Part shown: positions 12,639 to 44,641 of the stretch, in pieces
Numbering within the stretch: position 1 is the first letter of the stretch
How the letters are laid out: each line of letters starts with the position of its first letter
DNA from: Octopus sinensis
Lineage: Eukaryota
DNA: 64,000 bases
NCBI RefSeq assembly: GCF_006345805.1
Contig: NC_043009.1
Location: forward strand, 64,046,001 to 64,110,000
Direction: 5' to 3'
The notes under the pieces: generated by a model
Database searches by the model: none
What the model was told of the DNA's origin: nothing
The model's input: the letters and a program-made list of their open reading frames with translations, nothing else
Program-made: the position numbers and the translations under genes

Positions 12639-14179
12639 TATCTGTGGTAAAGCATTCATTCGAAAAGGAACATAAACATTTGCTGGAGAAAACCCATATT
12701 GTGATCATCATCATCATCATCATCATCGTTTAACGTCCGCTTTCCATGCTAGCATGGGTTGGACGGTTCAACTGGGGTCTGGGAAGCCAGAAGGCTGCAC
12801 CATGCCCAGTCTGATCAGGCAGTGTTTCTACAGCTGGATGCCCTTCCTAATGCCAACCACTCCGTGAGTGTAGTGGGTGCTTTGTGGGAAGTAATTCTCT
12901 CAAAATCATCAGTTAAGTCAGCACAAAGGTATTGGTACATTAAAAGAAAAACCCCAAAAAGCAAAAATTATGCCACTAATATTTGTGTTAATCCATTCTC
13001 AACAACATGTCTTAACCATGATGTGTATTCTTACCTGAGAGAAATCACTCATGAAACTTATGTTAACCATTTCCACTGCAAAGTGTTTTAATAATGGTTT
13101 CATATTTTATCACAGGGGCAGCAATTTTGGGGGAAGGGATGAGTCAATTACATCGACCCCCAATGTTCAACTATTACTTACCTTATCAAACCCTAAAAGA
13201 TGAAAAGCAAAGTCAACTTCGGCAGAATTTGAACTCAGAATGTAGCAATAAGTGAATGGCATGCTAACAATTCTATCAGGTTGCTGCCTTAGTTGACCCC
13301 AAAATAATCAGGAATAAATGAGCCATATAATATAGTATTTTCTCATACTTTCATAAGACATAAATATTCCTTAAATATATAGAAATATACCTGGATGTAC
13401 ATACCCTATGTACACTTTTTCTGGTACATTATGTTGATTGTTTTCAAATTTTTATTGTTATTCCGCCAAGGGACCAGTTTTGTTGTTGGTGACTTGTGTA
13501 ATTTTATTTACGGTGTGGTCCCTTCTTAACTTTATGCGGAAACTTTCATGCTCATTTGCAAGTGTCATTGTGATCTCAAACTCTACTTAGATAGAAAATG
13601 TGTGGACTGTGTAATCTTTGAGTTATCATCATCAACGTTTTTATGTCGATTGTCCAATCCATGCCAATATGGAAAACGGACATGAAATGATTATGCAGAT
13701 GTAAGCGCTGGAATGTGTTGAAACCACATTTTCTCAAACATTTCGTCATTTCAATTGTAAATTTCAAATTCCAGAGTTCTGACTGCACCAATCATCATCA
13801 TCATCATCATTTAACGTCCACTTTCCATGCTGGCATGGGTTGGACGGTTTGACTGAGGACTCAGGTGAATGCTGCTTCTTATGTGCCACCAGCATGGCTG
13901 CCAGTCAGGCTTGTGAATATTCATAACAATTTGAAATTTAAATAAAGTTGGTTTGCTCTTATATTCTTCTTCTCTTATTTTTTATTTGGAACATCTCACC
14001 AAGTCTTGTACTCACTTCACTTATAAATTATGCATAGAATTCACTGACTTGATCAATGTATGATGAAAGTTACCCTCATTTTCTAATCTGATTTTCACCA
14101 ACTGTTTACTTTACAGCTATTTAATTTTTTGACACTATTTGACACAAGATAATATTTAGAGAATGCGCGGGCTAAGACT

Positions 14180-14535
14180 ACATGCCTTCACTAGTCAATT
14201 AAGGTGAGACAGTGTCATGTGACAACTTACTGGGGCTGCCTGCTGGAGCCTAGCGGCAGGTATTTAAAGGGAAAAATTTGACAAGTCAGTCAGTCACTGG
14301 CTGACACTCGCTGACGATACATCAAAGAGGCCGGGGAACAGAAGAAAGAAGAAGACATGCACCCAACACCAGATCTGAAGACACCTCCAAAAGGAGGGGG
14401 CGCCGCGTCAAGACGGTAGAGGAGTAAGGGCCAAAACCGGACGTGGTTCCTCCTGATGATGTTGTGAGCTAACTGGATCCTACAAAGGAGCTGTTGCGGT
14501 AGCAGACCACGAAACACAGTTGAAATTCCCCTACA
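14180..14535 (+). mobile_element. LTR-like interspersed repeat (possible solo LTR); second copy at ~41215-41650 (-)
   Basis: Both copies share gtcaYgtgac, a TATA-like gtatttaaaggg, acgtggttcctcctgatgatgtt and a ...CTACA end. The 5' boundary and TSD are not resolved. Confidence 0.5.
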
Positions 14536-14699
14536 CATAGTGTAGTGAAAAATACGATGTTTTAACTCCTTATTATTTATCACGTTTAAACTAAACTCAA
14601 AAGCACCAGAACCATTTAAGATTATCATGAATTAGGATTTATTCAATCATCAACAGTCTTTTTTTGTTATCTCTCACTGTTTTATTTGTTAGCGGACAT

Positions 14700-16060
14700 T
14701 ATTTCTCCAGGCCATGAAAGTAACAAGACTTCGTGGCAATTTAAACAAGTTTCGATTGTGTTTACCAACATCAACCAATTTGCATTTCATTGTCTGGTGA
14801 TTTCATATTAGCATTGATTTGCCAGAATATTTCAACAACCGTATGGAAGCACTCCGTCGGTTACGGCGACGAGGGTTCCGGTTAATCCGAATCAACGGAA
14901 CAGCCTGCTCGTGAAATTAACGTGTAAGTGGCTGAGCACTCCACAGACACGTGCACCCTTAACGTAGTTCTCGGGGATATTCAGCGTGACACAGAGAGTG
15001 ACAAGGCCGGCCCTTTGAAATACAGGTACGATAGAAACAGGAAGTAAGAGTGAGAGAGAGAGTTGTGGTGAAAGAGTACAGCAGGGATCACCACCATCCC
15101 CTGCCGGAGTCTCGTGGAGCTTTTTAGGTGTTTTCGCTCAATAAACACTCACAACGCCCGGTCTGGGAATCGAAACCGCGAGTCCGTTGCCCTAACCACT
15201 GGGCCATTGCGCCTCCACTCAACAATCGTATACCGAAAGCGAGGAAGAATTTGATACGTTATTCTTTTATACAGAAGTAGAATGGCTTATCAAAGGCGAC
15301 TCTTTGTGTCGATTTTGGAATTATTCGGTAATATACAAAAGTTTCTTCAAAGGGAGAACTTAGAATAAATGGAAATTGTTTCGGCACGTTCAAAGATTAA
15401 TATTTTCTATGTGGTACGGTTTTATTTACCAGATTTTTAATTAATTTTAACAGAAAATTTTTCTTCCAAATCTTTCATCTGCGGCTCCAGGGTAAGATCG
15501 TGACTTTTATTATGAGTAAACGTATCTTTTATTTTTTTTCATTGAGGTAAACACAATTCTGTTGTTGCCATGTCCTACATAAAAATTAGCATTATTTCCC
15601 ACAACTGGTAGGTGTTACAGAGAAATTATTAGTTATTGATAATCTATCCTTTGGCAAATATTTGAAATTTGTTTCAGAGGGCTTCGAGCCAGGATGTGTG
15701 GATATCATTAACATAGATGTCCCCGACGGAATTTTAGATCCCTTCATTATTGATGTGGATAATGTGAAAGATCCAAATATTGTTCAAGACTTCATGTCGC
15801 AATTTAATAAATGGAGCACACAAAGTTATGAAGTGGTTTGGATAACCAAGAGCATCGCTACTGTTATGTATGCGAATTTATAGTCGAAAGTAGAATTCTT
15901 GCCGTTTCCCGTTCCACCTTCTTTCATGTGCACATGAATATATAATGGATTAGGAATACGTCAACAAAGACTTATAGAAGACAAGGTAGCATCTGGGCGG
16001 ATCTTCGGAAAACCCCGGTACGTGTAGCTTAAGTACTGAGATTGAAAGGCAGGAGTCAAT
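14700..16060 (+). mobile_element. Decayed hAT (Buster/Charlie-type, SCAND3/ZBED8-like) transposase fragment, interrupted by a SINE
   Basis: Frames read EEEFDTLFFYTEVEWLIKGDSLCRF (cf. HTEVRWLSKG), HLRLQGK (cf. NLQLQG) and DIINIDVPDGILDPF (cf. DIPDWILDPF); multiple stops and frameshifts. Confidence 0.75.
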
Positions 16061-16207
16061 TATGCCAACCCAATCTGGAAAAGAATAAAATATTTTGCAT
16101 TTTATGCCAAGTAAACAAAGTAACCTTCATAATTTTATAGAATTTGGGGCATATTTTGCCATAAATGGAAGATGTTGCTATCGATCTATTTTATTCAAGG
16201 TAGGCAC

Positions 16208-16247
16208 TGTATGTATGTATGTATGTATGTATGTATGTTTGTATGTG

Positions 16248-16278
<31 letters not shown>

Positions 16279-16287
16279 TTGTATGTG

Positions 16288-16319
<32 letters not shown>

Positions 16320-16818
16320 TGTATGTATGATGTATGTATGTATGTATGTATGCATGTATGTATGTATGTATGAATGTATGTATGTATGCATGTATGTATG
16401 TATGTATGTATGTATGCATGTATGTATGTATGTATGTATGCATGTATGTATGTATGTATGTATGTATGCATGTATGTATGTATGTATGTTTGTATGTGTA
16501 TATGTATGTTTGTATGTGTGTATGTATGTATGTATGTATGTATGTATGCATGTATGTATGTATGTGTATATGTATGTATGTATGTATGTATGCATGTATG
16601 TATGTATGTATGTTTGTATGTGTATATGTATGTTTGTATGTGTGTATGTATGTATGTATGTATGTATGCATGTATGTATGTATGTATGTATGTATGTATG
16701 TTTGTATGTGTATATGTATGTATGTATGCATGTATGTATGTATGTATGTATGCATGTATGTATGTATGTATGTATGTATGCATGTATGTATGTATGTATG
16801 TATGTATGTATGTATGTA
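16208..16818. repeat. (TATG)n compound microsatellite, ~610 bp
   Basis: Direct read; source of the HTYI/MYVC pseudo-ORFs. Confidence 0.97.
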
Positions 16819-17529
16819 CGCGTGTTGTACAAACGTTTCTCACTGTAGTCCAGTGACGAACAGATGTCTCTCTCTCTGTGGTGACCTCATTTGTCATTTC
16901 ATCCACTGAAGTCTGATGGCGATAGAAGAGTGGCAACATGTGCAGACCTAAACAGTTCGAAGTGTACGGTGAGTTACACCTTTCGTATGTCACCTGTGCT
17001 TCAAACCTGGTAGATCTGCAACAGGACTGAACATTCATCCGACAGGTCATGGATGGGAAGTCAGAAATGCCATTGATAACGAAGAAGCACTTGACGGAGC
17101 AATCACCGCGCGCGTGTGTGTGTGTGTGTGGGTATATATAAACCATCATCATCATCGCCATCATCATTTGATGTCTGTTTTCCAGAAAAACAGTAACAAT
17201 AAAATTTATGCTGCCATTTTCCCATGGCTGTTTTGCTGACTTTCACTATTCATTTCGCGTATTCTGGTCAGCGAACTACAAGCTTGGGTTTTGAATCTAA
17301 CTAAATTTCCTGTAACATTATTCCTCTGCTAAAAGTTGGCTATAAATCAACGAATGAAAGGCGGATAGAAGATTGGAAACCCCCCCCCCCCAAAAAAAAA
17401 AATAAATAAAGTTCCTTCCCGAATCACGTATACTCACGGGGCCGGTTTCCATGGCGTATATATTTCCCACCTGGATGGGACGCCGGTCCATCGCGGGAAT
17501 AATTCATTTTTGCCAGCTGAGTGGACTAG

Positions 17530-18793
17530 AGAAATGCGACACGGCTTCGTGCCGAAGAGATCATGCTTGACCAACTTACTGGTAATGGAAGAATTGGTGA
17601 CGCGCATCCTCGATGATAGTGATGCTGTTGACATCGTTTTATTGGACTTTGCCAAAGCTTTTGACTCGGTAAACCACCGCCTATTACTTGTCAAGCTTCA
17701 AGCATATAGTTTCCATCCTGACATTGTACGATGGGTTGGTGCCTTCCTCTCAGATTGCTCCTTCCAAGTCCAAGTTAATGGTTCGCGGTCCGACGTCTCC
17801 AGTGCGAGCAGTGGCGTGCCTCAAGGTTCAGTGCTTGGGCCCTTATTGTTCTTAGTCTTCATAAATGACTTGCCCGACGACCTCACGCAACACACCCTTC
17901 TATTTGCCGATGATTTCAAACTGGTTGCTCCTCGCGGTGATATAGAGGATCTTCGTCGATGCCTCCACCAAATTTGGAGATGGTCTAACGAATGGGACCT
18001 GTGTCTGAACGTGTCAAAGTGCTGTCATCTGCCTGTTGGCTCTTCTCCTGCAACTCAACTTGATTTCGAGCCGGGTCGTCTGCTGCTGGAGAGGACCGAC
18101 CAGGTAAAGGACCTGGGTATCTTGGTGGATTCTTCCTTTTCGCCTTCGGCCCAGTGCGTCCATGCTGCCAACAAAGCACGCGGAGTTCTGTTTTTGATTC
18201 GACGGTCATTCGGAATGCTCACAGTAGCCATATTCCTACCGCTCTATGTCACGCTGGTGAGACCCATATTGGAGTACCGGATTCAAGCCTCTTCTCCTTA
18301 TCTCCTCAAAGACATACAGCATCTCGAAAGAGTTCAGAAGCTGGCTACCCGCATGATTCTTGGTCTCAAGCATTTGTCATATGAAGAAAGGTTGAAGACG
18401 CTCGACCTTTATTCTCTAGAAAAACGACGACGCCGTGGTGATCTCATTCTTGCTCACAACATCATAAGCGGAAAGTGTAACCTCTCGAAAGAGCTGTTCT
18501 TCACTCCTGCTCCAGAGCGTCGGCTGCGGGGTCACTCCGAAAAGCTCTATCTGTGACGATTTCATCTCAATCGAAGGAGAGGGGCTTTCTCCGTCCGGGT
18601 TGCGCATCCGTGGAATAAGCTGCCGGACGAGATAGTGAAGATGCCGACGACCGCTCGGTTCAAAGTCTCCCTTGACCACAAGTGGCCTGAACTCTTTACA
18701 TGAACACCACCCTGTACATAACTCCATGTCCCCCTACATGGCCTTGCTTTTTGCTTTTTGAGCCAAAAATTAACTAACTAACTAACTAACTAA
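17530..18793 (+). mobile_element. 5'-truncated CR1-clade LINE: RT domain, 3' UTR hairpin and (TAAC)n tail
   Basis: ORF 17510-18556 has HGF...SCLTNLL, LDFAKAFDSV, GVPQGSVLGPLLF and FADD. The frame continues past one TGA to the likely true stop at 18701-18703. Tail taactaactaactaac at about 18771-18793. Confidence 0.95.
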
Positions 18794-19196
18794 AAATCTT
18801 TCCCTTATTTGCTAATATGTCACCAGTAGAAAGGCTTATTATTATTATCATCAAAAGCAGTGAGCTGGCAGCTTAGCGGCATTCCGTCCGGCCGCCACTG
18901 TGGATAATCTGCAACCAAAATCCAAAGGTAGACAAAATAAGCTTTGCTGTTACAGATTTTTTTCTATTTGCTTTCGCATTTTCATGAGATCGTACGGGAA
19001 AAAGTTAAGTTACAGGTGTGCTGGTATGGTTTCTTTGGTACCACGCAAACCAAAATATTACAACAGCGAGTAAAACCAAAATGGAAACGACAATAGGAAA
19101 TCGAATTGTACGACTTAAGACGAAAAGAAGAATATATTTTATAAATTTGATTTTACAAACTCGCCGCCTTAACTTGTTCACAATATTGTGTGTGTG

Positions 19197-19249
<53 letters not shown>

Positions 19250-19636
19250 GCGCACGCATGCCCTCTCCACTCCGCTCATGCATTTTTGTTAGCCGTTGGT
19301 ACAATGTTTCGAACCTCCGTTCTTTTGTAAGGGTTTCGATTTTATCCTCCTGGATTTCTAACAACCTTCCCCACCAGGCTGGTCTAATCAAAAGGCAAGT
19401 GAAATCGCCGGCGAAGTGACCATGCTACAGGTTGTACCGGATCAGGTGAAGTCCGTAGCCCTGAAAGTAGCCCTGAAAGTAGACAAGCCCTGAAAGTAGA
19501 CAAGCATGCATAAATAGACACGCATGTGCTTGTCTATATGTGGCTCACACAGATATACACATAGACGGCTATGACATGCGTGCACGCACACGCATACACA
19601 CAAACAAATATATACACACACATATTGACACACAAA

Positions 19637-20589
19637 CAGTAATCTCTTGACCATCGCGAGTATTACGTTCCAAAACCACCCCCGCGATAGGTGAAAATCC
19701 GCGAAGTAGAAACAATACCGTGCTGTATATTTTTTTCATTATTTTTATAATTTGTATTTATTTATTTTATTATAAATACAAAACAACACCACGGAGGAAT
19801 CAACGTACACTGGTGGAAATAGATTTAAGACCGATGATAGAAGCTCTATTTCTTACAAAATATTTTGTCATTAACACCATACAAATTATTCATATCTTTT
19901 TCACCTTATGCAGAATTTATTTCTCTTTCGAATGATGCAGACAATAACTATTTTTATACAACTTGAAGAATTCTCTCTTACTCTTTACTCTTTTACTTGT
20001 TTCAGTCATTTGATTGCGGCTATGCTGGAGCACCGCCTTTAATCGAGCAACTCGACCCGGGACTTATTCTTTTGCCGAACCGCCAAGTGACGGGGACATA
20101 AACACACCAGCATCGGTTGGCAAGCAATGATAGGGGGACAAACACAAACATACACGCACACACACATATACATATATATAAACATATATACGACGGGCTT
20201 CTTTCAGTTTCCGTCTACCAAATCCACTCACAAGGCTTTGGTCGGCCCGAGGCTATAGTACAAGACACTTGCCCAAGGTGCCACGCAGTGGGACTGAACC
20301 CGGAACCATGTGGTTGGTAAACAAGTTACTTACCACACAGCCGCTCCTGCGCCTATTCTAATGCTAAATAAATATAAACGTTTTAAATTTACCGGCAAAA
20401 TTAGTTTAAGACCGTATCATTATAATTTTATTTAAAGGTGTAAAAGATAAAAATAATCTGTATGGTGTTAGTAACAAAATATTTTGTAAGAAATAGAGCT
20501 TCTATCATCGGTCTTAAATTTATTTCCACCAGTGTAAGCTTAAATAATAAACCGCGATAGGTGAACCGCAATATAGCGAAGGATTACTG
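19637..20589 (+). mobile_element. Tigger/pogo-like MITE (TIR cagtaatc.../...ggattactg, then TA) carrying nested insertions
   Basis: Terminal inverted repeats plus the subterminal repeat ccgcgataggtgaa at both ends. Confidence 0.7.
19808..20534. mobile_element. Tc1/mariner-type MITE with ~76-bp TIRs and TA target duplication
   Basis: 19806-19883 and 20459-20536 are reverse complements with about 3 mismatches; TA flanks both sides. Confidence 0.85.
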
Positions 20590-20902
20590 TACTCACAATC
20601 ACGCACGCGCATAGGTGTGCTGTGTGTTACATAATTGATTGAACCACATCAAGGCCGTTTACTGCAGCTATGGGAAGCGGTGCTACGATATACTGATGTA
20701 TTCTGACAGCTGGATTGATAACGTTTACATGGTTTATTTCATTCTGGAGTAGGACATATTGGTAAATATTATTTTGTTGTCAGTGGAAGCCGGGTTCTTT
20801 TTTTGCTTTTACTTAAATGAAGAGAATCTAAAAATGTATGGCGTTGATGAAAACAAACATACTCACGGGTCACCGGATCTTTAACTACACACACACACAA
20901 GC

Positions 20903-20938
<36 letters not shown>

Positions 20939-21192
20939 ACACACAGACGCACGCACACACACGCACACTCACGCACACACACAACACACACACACACACA
21001 CACACACACAAGCACACGCACGCACACGCGCGTGCACACACACACACGCGCGCGCGCACACACACACGCGCGCGCACACACACACACATATGCCCCCCCC
21101 CGCGCATGATATGATCTAATTGTTTTCTTTGACACAAACACAAACTTTTATTTATGTGATGTAATTCGGCATCATTTATGTATTGCTTTTTG

Positions 21193-21246
<54 letters not shown>

Positions 21247-21460
21247 GTAATTTCTACTGGAAGCACATGGCCTGAAATCTGGGGGAAGGGATTAAGTCAA
21301 TTACATCGACTCCAGTGCATAACTGGTACTAATTTAATCGACTTCGAAAGGATGAAAGGCAAAGTCGACCTCGGCGGAATTTGAACTCAGAACGTAGCGA
21401 CGTGCGAAATACTGCTAAACATTTAGTCCAGCGTGTTAACGATTCTGCCAGCTCGCCGCC

Positions 21461-21504
<44 letters not shown>

Positions 21505-23628
21505 TTCGTCTTTGCATTTGGTTTGCAAGATTCTTGATGTGAACACCTTGATGAAACATTTTTTTACATCACAGGAGGATCCTTACGCCAATAATAAACA
21601 CACGCACCTATTCAGTTTCACTTTATCGTTGGCCAGTTGGTTACCTACTTAACTAACTAATCGATTGCTTTGTTTAATCACCTGGTTAATCAATCAGTTG
21701 TTTGTCAACGGAAAGACTGACAGACATCTGGTTGGTTGATTAACTAAATGATTAAACAAGCAATCGTTTAGTTAGTTGGTTAAATTATTAAATAATTGGC
21801 GAATGATAAAGAAGCGAAAGTGAACCACTGCGTGTGTTTTATTATTGGCGTAATGACCCTTCCAAGATATACCAAGATAATAATAATAATAATAATGATT
21901 TTAAAATTTAGCAAAGGCTATTAATTTCAGGGGAGGGGTAAGTCGATTACATTGACCCCCGTGCTTGGCTGGTACTTATTTTATCCACCTCAAAACGACG
22001 AAAGGCAAAGTTGACCTCGGCGGAATTTAAGCCTAGAACGTTAATGACGGACGAAATGTGTTAAGCATTTTGCCTGGCGTGTTGACGATTCTGCCAGCTT
22101 GCTGCCTTGAAATAGTGATAATAATAATAATAATCATTTCGCTATTGCCTAAAAGAGCTCGAAGAGCTACAAAGATACGAAACTTTCACCAGGAGTTACA
22201 AAGGGGAAAAAAAGGAGAAAAATGGATTGTGAAAGACTACATACATACATACATACATGCATACATACATGCATACATACATACATACATACATACATAC
22301 ATACATACATACATACATACATACATACAAACAAATATACCCTGTTGTTGATGTTGAAATTCCAATGAGGGAGACTTGGATCTAGGTTAAAAACCGGTTC
22401 CTTCTCTATTGGCAAGAAATTTTGAAATAAAACTGAATTATGACATACATACATACATACATACATACATACATACATACATACATACATACATACATAA
22501 AAACCTCTGTCAAATGTAAGTATAACTGGTCGGATATTGTTGTTTGGGATACAAGGGCAAAGGTATATATCGTCATACAGGTCAGCTGCCCTGCAGATAT
22601 AAACATCTCTTTGATAATCAAAGAAAAGAGGATATCTATGGATAACTGCTTCGAAGCTTCCAGCTTCTATGTCCAGACTCTGAATCCATATTCATACCAA
22701 TAATAATTGGAGCACTAGGTTTTGTTAGTAAATGCTTAAAGGAGAATCTGGATAAACAGGGATTTTCAGAAAGTGAAATCGACCGGCCGATTCGTACATT
22801 ACAAGTGCAATCTGTGAGTGGAACAGTAAAAATATGCAAGACTTTTCTCAAGTTCCAAATGCGAATTTGTCTGTGTTAATTACATCCCTGAGGTACTTCA
22901 AGATCGACAGATTTCCAGTTCTAAATTCTATTACCATTACAATTTGGATATTTTAAAATAAAATACAGATATAAAATACAGATAGGCGCAGGAGTGGCTG
23001 TGTGGTAAGTAGCTTGCCTACTAACCACATGGTTCCGGGTTCAGTCCCACTGCGTGGCATCATGGGCAAGTGTCTTCTGCTATAGCCTCGGGCCAACCAA
23101 TGCCTTGTGAGTGGATTTGGTAGACGGAAACTGAAAGAAGCCTGTCGTATATATGTATATATATGTATGTATGTGTATGTATATGTTTGTGTGTCTGTGT
23201 TTGTCCCTCTAGCATTGCTTGACAACCGATGCTGTTGTGTTTACGTCCCCGTCACTTAGCGGTTCGGCAAAAGAGACCGATAGAATAAGTACTGGGCTTA
23301 CAAAAGAATAAGTCCCGGGGTCGATTTGCTCGACTAAAGGCGGTGCTCCAGCATGGCCGCAGTCAAATGACTGAAACAAGTAAAAGAGTAAAAGAGAGAG
23401 TAAGAGTATATTTTCAAATACTTATGAGAAAAACTATATTTTTATAATTATTGAATAAGAAAAGCAGTAACCCGGACAACGCCGCGTCATTCAGATAGTG
23501 TTAAATAAACTAATCTACTTGAGTAATTTCATTAATATGGTTGCCGTTTTGTCTCTTTCAAATATTTTCTTACAGGAGAACGGAATTGAAGATTTCGAGG
23601 CAGAATTAAGGCAAACTCTCTTTTTAAC

Positions 23629-42652
<19,024 letters not shown>

Positions 42653-42962
42653 AATAGTGATGAAAACGAAGAGGAATTACGATAAAATAGAAAAAAAAAA
42701 CAAACAAAAATGAACTGTATATGCTTGAATTCCAGTTTCATAATTTTCTATGTTGATTCTTTAAAATAAATAATTTTGAAAACAAAACCAAGTGATTTCG
42801 TGTTACTTTTGAAGCTGATTAGAAAATACTTCATTAAATATAATGCATGAAATTATTGTATTGTTTGTATTTAGAATTTTTTTGTTATACGCATGTTATG
42901 TTTGTGTATATATACGTTTGGGTATGTGTATTCCCCTTTCATTCTCTCTCTCTTTCCGTGTG

Positions 42963-43013
<51 letters not shown>

Positions 43014-43278
43014 TAAATTAGAGATAAAACCACTATTAGGCAAATCAATGAAAAACATAAACCAAAACATAAAAATAAACACAATTAATATAATATACAA
43101 AATATATAAAATATAAAATATAAATTTAAATTATTTAAATTTAAAATTTTTAATTTATATTTATAATTTTTTATATTTTTTAAATATTTTTTAAATATTT
43201 AAATATTTATATTTATACTGTGAATTGGATTTAATCATAAATCTAATTTTTCCCTGTAACTTTGGATTTACTCCCTAA

Positions 43279-43331
<53 letters not shown>

Positions 43332-43351
43332 ATATATATGTGTATATATAT

Positions 43352-43385
<34 letters not shown>

Positions 43386-44409
43386 ATATATATATATATA
43401 CATACATACATGCACACACATATATACACACATATTTGTATATATTTATATATATACGATCCTGGAATCAATGTAAATTTTTTTTCTTTGAATGAATTAC
43501 GGTGACCTCCTAATATGTCACAAAACACTTATTTCGCTCCGGAAAACGGGGGAGTGGGGTGGAATCCTTGAAAATTTCATTCGTCCCCTTCCCGGAATCA
43601 TTGGAAAATGCATGTTTTCTTTTTCCTTGAATGAATTACAGTAACCCCTTAATATGCCACAAAGCCCGTTTTTCCCCCGGAAAATGGGGGTTAACATTTA
43701 TATTGTGTGTATTTTATATTAAATATATTTTCAATGATTCCTGTATGGGGGAAGAGTTCCGATTTCCCAACCCCACTTTTTTTCCAAACAAAAAGAAGTA
43801 GTTTGCGGCACATTAGGAGGTCAGGGTACTTGATTCCACGTAAGAAATCCGAGGTTTTTTTCTTTAGTGACACGCCTGCGGTGGTACTTTCCCAAACTTA
43901 CCGAAGTTTGTACTTGGAGGGGGAGGAGAAGACGCAGTTAGAATGACAAGAGTAGAAAAAAATAACCCCCAAAAACCCAATGTTTTTGGTAGGCTTGGGT
44001 GTAGGTGGTATACAATGAACTATTTTCAGAGGAGTGGAGGCTTTTATACTAGTGATACAACTCGGAAATAGGAAACAGTATTTTTGTGGGCCAGAGGTTG
44101 TAATATCCTGGTGAGGGAGTTTGTACTGGTGTAGTTATATGCAAGGGTTCGGGAACAAGAGGTGCAGGTGGTGCACTCGCAACCCCTAAAATTTTTCAGA
44201 GATGCAAAATCAAAACTTGTATCCCCTACATACTTTGCCAGGTTTAAAAAAAATAGTGTCTAAAAATTGATCTGTAAAAAGTAGCTTGAAGTTAAATTTC
44301 TTCTCAAAACAATAACAAAGGAAAACAATAAATAAAACAAGAAGTCCAGAATGTTTATTGATGAAGCTGGTCATAAAATTCCCAAGAGAATTCTCTAGAA
44401 AGATATACT

Positions 44410-44641
44410 TATTTCTTTACTACCCACAAGGGGCTAAACATAGAGGGGACAAACAAGGACAGACAAACGGATTAAGTCGATTATATCGACCCCAGTGCGT
44501 CACTGGTACTTAATTTATCGACCTCGAAAGGATGAAAGGTAAAGTCGACCTTGGCGGAATTTGAACTCAGAATGCAGCAGCGGACGAAATACCGCAAAGC
44601 ATTTCGTCCGGCGTGCTAACGACTCTGCCAGCTCGCCGCCT
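44410..44641 (-). mobile_element. SINE family 3 (head aaggcggcgagctggcagaa), full-length representative
   Basis: Recurrent ~230-bp element. Other copies near 13115, 21262, 21900, 28285, 33110, 38230, 38930, 40125, 50685, 52945, 57590 and 58150-58605. Confidence 0.85.

Noticed and set aside
15662-15883. 73-aa ORF after a plausible splice acceptor, as an orphan host exon
   Set aside because: It matches hAT transposase motifs that continue through stops and frameshifts on both sides.
16095-17167. Long ORFs rich in HTYI / MYVC (up to 329 aa), and similar ORFs at 20769-21266, 22058-22703, 23695-24192, 31189-32284, 37386-37842, 48148-48675, 49753-50673, 53449-53885 and 54856-55711
   Set aside because: They are translations of (TATG)n, (TA)n, (CA)n and (AAT)n microsatellites, which lack stops in several frames; no coding signal.
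18840-19460. CpG-richer stretch as promoter or first non-coding exon of SLC22 gene A
   Set aside because: Plausible but unsupported without transcript data; partly SINE-derived.
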